Shown here one piece after another: positions 7,405 through 14,145 of a DNA stretch of 14,145 nt. Position numbers and translations under genes: made by a program. The DNA is from Oculatellaceae cyanobacterium bins.114 (lineage in GTDB: Bacteria > Cyanobacteriota > Cyanobacteriia > Elainellales > Elainellaceae): contig JANRJA010000131.1 in assembly GCA_033764315.1 (NCBI GenBank), positions 1 to 14,145 on the forward strand. The letters run 5' to 3'. The stretch's first letter is position 1. Every line of letters starts with the position of its first letter. The notes under the pieces are model-generated. The model searched no databases. It was not told the origin of the DNA and saw only the letters and a list, made by a program, of their open reading frames with translations.

Positions 7405-8640
7405 ATGAAACCTGCCTTTAAACTTCAAGATTTACTTTTACAAGGAGATGCTGCACTGGCAGCCACCAGCGGTTTGTTGGGGCAACAGATGGCAGTGATT
7501 GACTGTGATGGGGTGGAATTTATGACCCCTGGGCAACTCGATCTATTATTTGCTGAAATCCCAGAAGACTGGGATTTTTTGACCCTGACTCAGATGCTAG
7601 AACTGACCTCACTCTCAGATGAATTAGCCCAACACATCAACGAGTGGATTGATCAACGATTGGGGCAGGTTGAGACAGAGCAAGAACTGACCTCAACCGT
7701 AACGACGAAAGGAATCGACCGAATTTTAAGTTTTTTGCCGATCTTTGAACGCAAAGGGATTCGGCTGTATGAGATCAATTCTCAGCAAAGTGTTTTAGAA
7801 CCCTACCTCTATTCCAGTGAGGTCAATGGATTTCTGCAAACTTTGCACGATGAGGGGTTCATCCTCTCTAACTTTAATTGGGGGGTTTGGCTAGATGAGG
7901 CCAACCAATATGTCAATGAACCAGATTTGTTACGTTATGCAGACCTGCTGACCTTGCAAAAGTTGTTGACGACTCATGTCCGCATGGAACGGTTTAACAG
8001 CGGTAACTTGGCTCAACTGATCGATAGCGGGCACATTTTAGAGGTGTTGTTGCAACTAGCCACTATTCGTCAGACGATGTCTGGCACTGAGCCGGGAATA
8101 GCTACCAATAGTGTTGGTCGCATTACGGCGACCCGAGGAGACATTACGCAGCAATCGGTTGACGCGATCGTCAACACCACCAACATTGCCCTTGATATTG
8201 GCGGTGGGGTGAGTGAAGCGATTCATGCGGCAGCGGGGCCGGGGTTAAAGGAAGAGTGCCGCAAGTTAAAAGGTTGTGCGGTGGGTCAGGCAAAAATTAC
8301 GCATGGCTATAACTTATCGGTGCCCTGGATTATTCATACGGTGGGTCCGGTGTGGCAGGGTGGGTTGCAGCAAGAAGATGAGCTATTAGCACAGTGCTAT
8401 CGCAACAGTCTGGAGTTGGCCGCGTTATGTCCCGTTCAATCGATCGCCTTTCCCTCGATTAGCACTGGGTTTCATGGCTTCCCCATTGAGCGAGCCGTTC
8501 ATATTGCGGTGACAGAGGTTGATCATTTTTTGCAAAGCAACACGTCACTCGAAAAAGTGATTTTTGTGTGCCGCGATGCCAAGGTGTTTGAGGTGTATTC
8601 CAAGATGATTAAAGACGTGCTAGAACCCTCAACTGTCTAG
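7405..8640 (+). CDS. Multidomain protein: unknown acidic N-terminal domain, DUF6508-like middle domain, C-terminal macro domain (YmdB/MacroD-like, ADP-ribose binding or hydrolysis)
   Basis: aa 238-405 carry GDIT..DAIVNxxN..GGGVxxAIHx[27 protein letters not shown] (macro). aa 100-225 carry F-N-W-x-x-W...[22 protein letters not shown], resembling DUF6508 from memory. Confidence 0.85.
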   Translation: MKPAFKLQDLLLQGDAALAATSGLLGQQMAVIDCDGVEFMTPGQLDLLFAEIPEDWDFLTLTQMLELTSLSDELAQHINEWIDQRLGQVETEQELTSTVTTKGIDRILSFLPIFERKGIRLYEINSQQSVLEPYLYSSEVNGFLQTLHDEGFILSNFNWGVWLDEANQYVNEPDLLRYADLLTLQKLLTTHVRMERFNSGNLAQLIDSGHILEVLLQLATIRQTMSGTEPGIATNSVGRITATRGDITQQSVDAIVNTTNIALDIGGGVSEAIHAAAGPGLKEECRKLKGCAVGQAKITHGYNLSVPWIIHTVGPVWQGGLQQEDELLAQCYRNSLELAALCPVQSIAFPSISTGFHGFPIERAVHIAVTEVDHFLQSNTSLEKVIFVCRDAKVFEVYSKMIKDVLEPSTV

Positions 8641-9224
8641 CTGACATTGACGAGTTGACATTGACGGGTGAGGGCTTGTCTTAAGAGGGCTTGATACTCT
8701 CGATCGCCAATCACATGGGCTCCAAAGCGAGCTAGGTGAGGGTTCATCAGCTGAGCGTCAAACAGGAGAAATTGGCGCGATCGCAAATGTTCTACCAATT
8801 TCACCAGGGCTACTTTAGACCCATCGGGAATGCGATAAAACATGGACTCCCCAATAAAAGCACCGCCGATCGCAATCCCCAAAACTCCCCCTGCCAGTTC
8901 ATCGCCTTGCCAGGTTTCAAAGCTGTGAGCATAGCCTGCCTGATGCAATTCCCAATAGACCTCCTTGAGGTCATGGGAAATCCAGGTGCTATCCCGATTG
9001 GCACAGCCATCAACAACGGCTGCAAAGGCACGATTGATGGCTACCGTAAACTTGCCTTGATTGAGAATTCGTCGGAGCGATCGCGGATAACAAAACCGCT
9101 GATCCAGCGGAATCAGTGTGCGCTCACGGGTGGAATACCAGCCCAATTGCTCACCCGACTCATCTGCCATCAAAAAATAACCCTGGGCATATCCCTCAAC
9201 GATTGCAGGGATATTAAACTGCAT
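8637..9224 (-). CDS. aat: Leucyl/phenylalanyl-tRNA--protein transferase
   Basis: [60 protein letters not shown]. Confidence 0.95.
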   Translation of the reverse strand: MQFNIPAIVEGYAQGYFLMADESGEQLGWYSTRERTLIPLDQRFCYPRSLRRILNQGKFTVAINRAFAAVVDGCANRDSTWISHDLKEVYWELHQAGYAHSFETWQGDELAGGVLGIAIGGAFIGESMFYRIPDGSKVALVKLVEHLRSRQFLLFDAQLMNPHLARFGAHVIGDREYQALLRQALTRQCQLVNVS

Positions 9225-9297
9225 AGCAACTCATCAACAACATCTCATCTGAATGATAGGCTGAGGAAAAGCATCTATGAACAATTAAGTTCGTTCT

Positions 9298-9627
9298 ATG
9301 ACTGACCCCATTCCACCGATTACACTACCTCCTGTTGCCAACCCCCATCAAGAAGGCGAGTGGTTAGAACAGGCGTTGCATCGTTGGCTTGACCAAGAGT
9401 TTATTCCCGAAACGGTGAATGCTCAGATTGCCCAACGAGCCGCTCAGGTGTTTGTCAGACAACGGTTAGAAGGAGAGAATGATGTTGGGTCGCTTGTGAT
9501 TGCGATCGTGACGGAGATGCAAGCATTTGATTTTTCCAAAAGTTTTTATAGTGAGTTTGCTGTTGCCAATGCGGTTAGTGATTTGCTGCTAGATAGCCTG
9601 GGGATCGATCGTTGTTGTGGGCAATAG
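9298..9627 (+). CDS. Conserved hypothetical protein (cyanobacterial type), 109 aa
   Basis: Clean ORF divergent from aat with a 73-bp gap. Motifs WLDQEFIPE and FAVANAVSDLL, C-terminal CCGQ. Candidate extended -10 TGaTAGGCT at 9254-9262. Confidence 0.85.
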   Translation: MTDPIPPITLPPVANPHQEGEWLEQALHRWLDQEFIPETVNAQIAQRAAQVFVRQRLEGENDVGSLVIAIVTEMQAFDFSKSFYSEFAVANAVSDLLLDSLGIDRCCGQ

Positions 9628-9821
9628 TTAACTTTTGATGCTTCAAGCCTAACTTGATTCATTTGATGAAACCCTGATTACTTCTAGGGTTTAGAAAAAG
9701 AATCAGTCAAGTTGTAACGTAAATAACAGAAAGATTTTAGAGACAAATGCATTCGCAATGAAGCGAGTTCTCTTTAGTTTGGTAGTATATGCATGGAGCA
9801 ACCCTCATTCACAGGACTAAA

Positions 9822-10583
9822 ATGCCATCTATGTTGATGCTAGAAGCCACAAAACCCCAGCCTGATGTGAAATTGGGACGAGTTCTAATTGTTGAAGATG
9901 AAGAACTGATTCGGGAAACAGTTGCCCTGGCTCTCACTGAAGAGGGGTATGAGGTCCTGATGGCAGAAGATGGACGAGTTGCCCTTGACCTGGCTGCCAA
10001 AGCAGATGATGGCAGCTATTCTGGGTTTGCCACACTAGATTTGATCATTCTGGATCTCATGTTGCCCTACGTGAATGGGTTGGACTTGTGCCGTTTGGTT
10101 CGCCATGAGGGAAGTAGTGTTCCCATCTTGATGTTGAGTGCAAAAGGCAGTGAAACCGATCGCGTGGTTGGTTTAGAGGTTGGGGCCGATGACTATTTGA
10201 CCAAACCCTTTGGTATGCGTGAGTTGGTCGCTCGGTGTCGGGCTTTATTGCGTCGTCATCGTCATACTCAACCGGCCTCAAAAGAGTCAACTCTTAAGTT
10301 TCAGGATGTGACGCTTTATCCTCAGGAGTGCCGGGTTACGGTGCGAGGAGAAGAAATTAACCTGTCGCCTAAAGAGTTTCGCATTTTGGAATTGTTTATG
10401 AGCCATCCTCGTCGAGTTTGGTCGCGTGAACAATTGATTGAGCGAGTCTGGGGGCCTGACTTTATGGGAGATAGCAAAACCGTCGATGTTCACATTCGTT
10501 GGTTGCGTGAAAAGTTAGAGGTTGACCCCAGTCGCCCTGAATATTTGATGACAGTGCGGGGGTTTGGCTACCGATTTGGTTGA
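9822..10583 (+). CDS. sphR: OmpR/PhoB-family response regulator, phosphate regulon SphR
   Basis: Receiver domain (VEDE, LDLMLP, LSAKGSETDRVVGLEVGADDYLTKPF) and winged helix (SKTVDVHIRWLREKLE..TVRGFGYRFG). Start set at ATG 9822 after AGGA; alternatives are 9789 and 9831. Adjacent to a PhoR-like kinase. Confidence 0.85.
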   Translation: MPSMLMLEATKPQPDVKLGRVLIVEDEELIRETVALALTEEGYEVLMAEDGRVALDLAAKADDGSYSGFATLDLIILDLMLPYVNGLDLCRLVRHEGSSVPILMLSAKGSETDRVVGLEVGADDYLTKPFGMRELVARCRALLRRHRHTQPASKESTLKFQDVTLYPQECRVTVRGEEINLSPKEFRILELFMSHPRRVWSREQLIERVWGPDFMGDSKTVDVHIRWLREKLEVDPSRPEYLMTVRGFGYRFG

Positions 10584-10659
10584 TTCTGATCTGGTATTTC
10601 CGACGCAGTGAGTGAAGAGATTGTAAGCTAGAGTTGCTACGACTCTGCTGATTGTTTGC

Positions 10660-12054
10660 GTGGTTACTGGTGGATTAGGATTTTTATTGGGTTTGGCGAT
10701 CGGGTTGCTCCTCTGGTGGCGACAGCGATCGCGTTCTGATGCCAAAATTAAAACGCTGTTACGAGCCTTGCGCACTGATACCGAAGAGTCAGGGCTACCC
10801 TCGACCTCGCAGCTAACAACGGCGATCGCCACTCAGCAAAAAGTCCGTCAGCAGTTAGAACAACAACTTGAAAGTTATCGACAAGTGCTTCATGCAGCCC
10901 CAGTTGGGTATTTGCAGGTCGATGACGAAAATCGGTTGATCTGGTGTAACGAGCGCACTCGTGAGTTGTTGCACATGACTCAAGAGCATTACCCTCGTCC
11001 CCGGTTATTGCTTGAGTTGGTGCGCTCTTATGAGTTAGACCATCTGATTGAGCAAACCCGCAATAGCAAAAAAAATTGTCAGAGCGATTGGACTTTTCAC
11101 CCAGCTAGTCCCGATCCATCGCGATTATCAAAACAACAAGCTTATGCATTGCGAGGATATGGCTTTCCGCTGCCGTGGGGGCAAGTGGGTATTTTTCTGG
11201 AAGACCGTCGAGAGGCGATAACGTTGATGCAACAGCGCGATCGCTGGGCATCGGATGTGGCACATGAACTTAAAACGCCGCTAACCTCAATTCGTCTGGT
11301 GGCTGAGACGCTGCAAACCCGGTTAGACCCGCCGTTGCGAGGTTGGGTCAATCGGTTAATCAATGAAACTATGCGCTTGGGCACGTTGGTGCAAGATTTG
11401 TTGGATTTGAGCCATATCGATCGGGGATCATCTCAATGTCTAAACCTTAAAACCACCGATTTAGTCGAGTTAGTTCAAGCGGCTTGGCTCAACCTAGAAC
11501 CGCTAGCCCGCAAAAAACAACTCCAACTGGATTACATCGGGCCAGAGCATTTACTGATTCAAATTGACGAACCTCGGATCTATCGAGTATTGATTAATTT
11601 GCTCGATAACAGCATTAAATACAGCCCACCCTGGCAAACCATTCGGGTGCAGTTGCGGATAGAAAAAGAACCCGTAATAGAACCACAAACAGAGGGTGAG
11701 ACGGCTCCAGGGCAAGTCTGTTTGGATATTATCGATGCAGGGCTTGGGTTCACAGAAAACGATTTGCCTCATGTGTTTGAGCGGTTTTATCGGGCTGATC
11801 CGTCTCGCTCACGCCAGATTTTAACAATGGAAGGAGCGGCATTACCTACCTCCTCAGCAGATGTAATAGATGTAACAGACGGTCGCCAAAAGAATGAGGA
11901 TGATCGGTTTGATTTACAGCGTGGAAGCGGGAGTGGATTGGGTTTGGCGATCGTCAGGCAAATTGTCGAAGCTCACTCAGGTGTAGTGATGGCTAGCAAT
12001 CACCCTGAGACAGGTGGGGCTTGGTTACAGGTTTATTTACCCTGGCAATCTTAA
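10660..12054 (+). CDS. sphS: Sensor histidine kinase, PhoR-like SphS
   Basis: N-terminal hydrophobic anchor, PAS-like region (APVGYLQVDDENRLIWCN..LLELVRSYELD), H-box DVAHELKTPLTSI, N-box NLLDNSIKYS, FERFYRADPSR and GSGLGLAIV. Confidence 0.88.
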   Translation: MVTGGLGFLLGLAIGLLLWWRQRSRSDAKIKTLLRALRTDTEESGLPSTSQLTTAIATQQKVRQQLEQQLESYRQVLHAAPVGYLQVDDENRLIWCNERTRELLHMTQEHYPRPRLLLELVRSYELDHLIEQTRNSKKNCQSDWTFHPASPDPSRLSKQQAYALRGYGFPLPWGQVGIFLEDRREAITLMQQRDRWASDVAHELKTPLTSIRLVAETLQTRLDPPLRGWVNRLINETMRLGTLVQDLLDLSHIDRGSSQCLNLKTTDLVELVQAAWLNLEPLARKKQLQLDYIGPEHLLIQIDEPRIYRVLINLLDNSIKYSPPWQTIRVQLRIEKEPVIEPQTEGETAPGQVCLDIIDAGLGFTENDLPHVFERFYRADPSRSRQILTMEGAALPTSSADVIDVTDGRQKNEDDRFDLQRGSGSGLGLAIVRQIVEAHSGVVMASNHPETGGAWLQVYLPWQS

Positions 12055-12093
12055 GGGCTGTGTTTGAAGATCATCGTTGAAAAATTAGAGTTC

Positions 12094-12102
12094 TGTTAGA
12101 AT
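12094..12102 (+). promoter_or_regulatory. Candidate extended -10 promoter for rluB-rodZ
   Basis: TGtTAGAAT in the intergenic region, about 120 nt before ATG 12222. Motif match only. Confidence 0.4.
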
Positions 12103-12221
12103 TTGAGGCTCTGAAGCCTTGCATATTCCTGTAATATTTGTACATACCTGTGGTCAGTGCTGTTGCACGTTTTGATCGTTAGTCTGTGGGTTTGCCCGTT
12201 GCCCGTTCATTTGCTCAACGC

Positions 12222-12995
12222 ATGGATGAAAGGCTCCAAAAAATTCTTTCTCAGTGGGGTGTCGCCTCTCGTCGTCACGCTGAACAGTTGATCTTGGAAG
12301 GGCGGGTTCGTTTAAATGGGGCGATCGCTTCATTAGGACAAAAGGCAGATCCAGAATTCGATCAGATTGAGGTCGATGGACGGTTAATTCAACCCATCAA
12401 TCGCCCTCAGTTGATTTATTTGTTAATGAACAAGCCAGTCGGGGTAGTATCTACTTGCAGTGATCCTTGGAATCGTAAAACTGTGCTCGATTTGCTGCCA
12501 TCTCATCTCCAAAAAACACAGGGGTTGCATCCCGTAGGACGGTTAGATGCAGCTTCAACGGGTGCTTTGTTGTTGAGCAATGATGGGGCAATTACTTTTG
12601 CTTTGACGCATCCCTCTCATGCCGTTTCTAAGACCTATCACGTTTGGGTAGAAGGGCATCCCCAGGAAGCTGTTTTACGCCAGTGGCGGCAGGGTGTTTT
12701 GTTAGATGGCAAGCTGACTCTACCAGCGGTAGTAGAGGTGTTAGACGCGACTTCTGCTAGTCAAACAATGCTAAAAATTGTGTTGAAAGAGGGCAGAAAC
12801 CGTCAGATTCGTCGAGTGGCAGAGCAACTGGGGTATCCTGTGGTGAGACTACATCGTGTTGCAATTGGCTCGATTCATCTAGGGCAGTTATCGAGTGGTC
12901 AATACCGCAATCTGCAACAGACTGAAGTGAATGCTTTAAAGGAGACGGCTGAGCACATCAGTCAGTTGATGTCAGACCGGGTGATGAACAGATGA
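12222..12995 (+). CDS. rluB: rRNA pseudouridine synthase, RsuA/RluB family, with S4 domain
   Basis: MDERLQKILSQWGVASRR (S4 start, ATG 12222 preferred over GTG 12186), NKPVG, catalytic PVGRLD, EGRNRQIRR, LHRVAIG. Confidence 0.9.
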   Translation: MDERLQKILSQWGVASRRHAEQLILEGRVRLNGAIASLGQKADPEFDQIEVDGRLIQPINRPQLIYLLMNKPVGVVSTCSDPWNRKTVLDLLPSHLQKTQGLHPVGRLDAASTGALLLSNDGAITFALTHPSHAVSKTYHVWVEGHPQEAVLRQWRQGVLLDGKLTLPAVVEVLDATSASQTMLKIVLKEGRNRQIRRVAEQLGYPVVRLHRVAIGSIHLGQLSSGQYRNLQQTEVNALKETAEHISQLMSDRVMNR

Positions 12996-13008
12996 GGAGC
13001 GATGAAGG

Positions 13009-13851
13009 ATGAAAGTTATGAGCAAAGATATTTCTCAAACGGAACAAATTCAGCTTGAAAAGCTGACTGAGTTGGGCTCTCATCTCCGAGAATGTCGTGA
13101 ATCACAACTCATCACGATTGAACAGGTAGCCGCTAAGACGATGATTCAGCCCCGCATTCTCAATGCGATCGAGGCGGGCAGACTACATCAACTGCCTGAA
13201 CCGGTTTATATTCAAGGCTTTATCAAACGCTATGCTGACGCTCTTGGTTTGAACGGGCCTGATTTTGCTAATGCGTTTCCATTAGAGTCTGATATCCACT
13301 CTATTCAACCCTCCTGGCAAGATTCTCCAGCCGCACAACTCCGTCCGATTCATCTCTATGCCGCTTATGTGGTTCTCATTGTGGCGGCTGTGAGTGGCCT
13401 GTCCTATGTTTTGAGCCGCTCTAGTTCCTATTGGGTGGGCAGCAGACCTGCAAGCCCTCAGCCTGTGGTGACAGCTTCAGCTACTCCCAGCACTCGATCA
13501 ACCGCAGCCCCATCATCAGGCCCAACTGTCGCTGGAGCCATCAGCAGTCCCTCGGCGTCTGATAAGCCTGTGCGCATCAATGTGACGTTGACGGCTCAGT
13601 CTTGGTTGCGAATTGAGGTTGATGGCAAAACGGACTTTCAAGGAATTTTACCGGAAGGAACTCAGCGCACTTGGACTGCAACCAGCAAGTTAACGGTTCG
13701 GGCTGGCAATGCCGGGGGTGTGATGTTGGCTTACAACGATGGCACACCTTCTCGCATGGGCGAACCCGGAGCCGTCAAAGAAGTGACTTTCTCGGCACCT
13801 CAACAGGCCGCCAGTTTGCCTAATACCGCTGCACCGACCAACGACGAGTAA
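13009..13851 (+). CDS. rodZ: Cell-shape protein RodZ (HTH, one TM helix, Ser/Pro/Thr linker, DUF4115 domain)
   Basis: LPEPVYIQGFIKRYADALGL, a single TM helix, and SWLRIEVDGK..RAGNAGGV..G.PG.V. Lies 13 nt downstream of rluB. Start may be 13018. Confidence 0.9.
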   Translation: MKVMSKDISQTEQIQLEKLTELGSHLRECRESQLITIEQVAAKTMIQPRILNAIEAGRLHQLPEPVYIQGFIKRYADALGLNGPDFANAFPLESDIHSIQPSWQDSPAAQLRPIHLYAAYVVLIVAAVSGLSYVLSRSSSYWVGSRPASPQPVVTASATPSTRSTAAPSSGPTVAGAISSPSASDKPVRINVTLTAQSWLRIEVDGKTDFQGILPEGTQRTWTATSKLTVRAGNAGGVMLAYNDGTPSRMGEPGAVKEVTFSAPQQAASLPNTAAPTNDE

Positions 13852-13862
13852 TCTCTGGTGGA

Positions 13863-14144
13863 TTAGTAAATGATCAGTTGTGCGGCTTGATTAAAGCACT
13901 GTTTTAAGATGCCTTGCACAACCAGGACGCTGGTTAACAAAGTCGCGAAACCGAGCATAAACATAATGAGCATCTGATAAACAGCCGCATGGAGGGGATC
14001 AACTCCGCTCAGCAGTTGTCCGGTGATGATGCCAGGAAGGGTGACAACACCGACCACCATCATGGAATTGAGTGTGGGAATGATCCCGGCACGAATGGCG
14101 GCACGGCGATATTGGCTAGTGGCTTGATAGGGAGTCGCTCCTAA
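13863..14144 (-). CDS. fetB: FetB/YbbM (UPF0014) ABC transporter permease, 3' part (5' end outside the window)
   Basis: The minus frame is open to the window edge: LGATPYQATSQYRRAAIRAGIIPTLNSMMVVGVVTLPGIITGQLLSGVDPLHAAVYQMLIMFM, the family signature. Confidence 0.9.
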   Translation of the reverse strand, partial: LGATPYQATSQYRRAAIRAGIIPTLNSMMVVGVVTLPGIITGQLLSGVDPLHAAVYQMLIMFMLGFATLLTSVLVVQGILKQCFNQAAQLIIY

Positions 14145-14145
14145 G

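Larger units (their letters stand above)
585..12328. repeat. HIP1 octamer GCGATCGC, dispersed
   Basis: Perfect copies counted by eye start at 585, 2074, 4952, 5099, 5623, 6208, 6412, 6532, 6610, 6907, 8777, 9077, 10725, 10822, 11237 and 12321. Fewer than one copy is expected by chance in 14 kb. Confidence 0.95.

Noticed and set aside
8736..9305. 189-aa + strand ORF, and other nested ORFs such as 4655-5275 (-), 5308-5649 (-), 6759-7058 (+) and 10515-10832 (-)
   Set aside because: They overlap well-supported genes on the opposite strand or in another frame and show no recognisable motifs.
12130..12144. TGTA-N7-TACA palindrome upstream of rluB as an NtcA site
   Set aside because: The spacer is 7 nt, while NtcA requires N8.
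12192..12207. TTGCCCG tandem heptamer before rluB (STRR-like)
   Set aside because: Only two copies, so not distinguishable from chance.
1..14145. CRISPR array, tRNA/rRNA, transposase or integrase, prophage genes
   Set aside because: No regularly spaced repeats, cloverleaf-compatible sequence or recombinase/phage motifs were seen by eye.

Overview
Cyanobacterial chromosomal window: about 16 perfect HIP1 octamers (GCGATCGC) counted by eye, SLH-domain porins and an SphR/SphS pair. Gene order: 5'-truncated SLH porin, a 539-bp hairpin-rich spacer, a second complete SLH porin, terminator, CymR-like Rrf2 regulator + cysK, a structured 165-nt leader, a small 4-TM internal-repeat membrane protein coupled to an atypical MFS-like transporter, a three-domain protein (STAS-like? 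/ DUF6508-like / macro domain), aat (minus strand), a conserved hypothetical protein, sphR-sphS, RluB-type pseudouridine synthase, rodZ, and the 3' end of a FetB/YbbM permease (minus strand). Most of this is conserved housekeeping. The block at about 5312-8640 looks accessory and holds the best candidates for something undescribed: the macro-domain fusion, and the membrane-protein/MFS pair with its switch-like leader. The CymR-like/CysK module with a candidate operator and the inter-porin RNA structures also merit checking. No transposase, integrase, CRISPR array, tRNA or rRNA was seen. Family assignments come from motifs recognised by eye, not from database searches.
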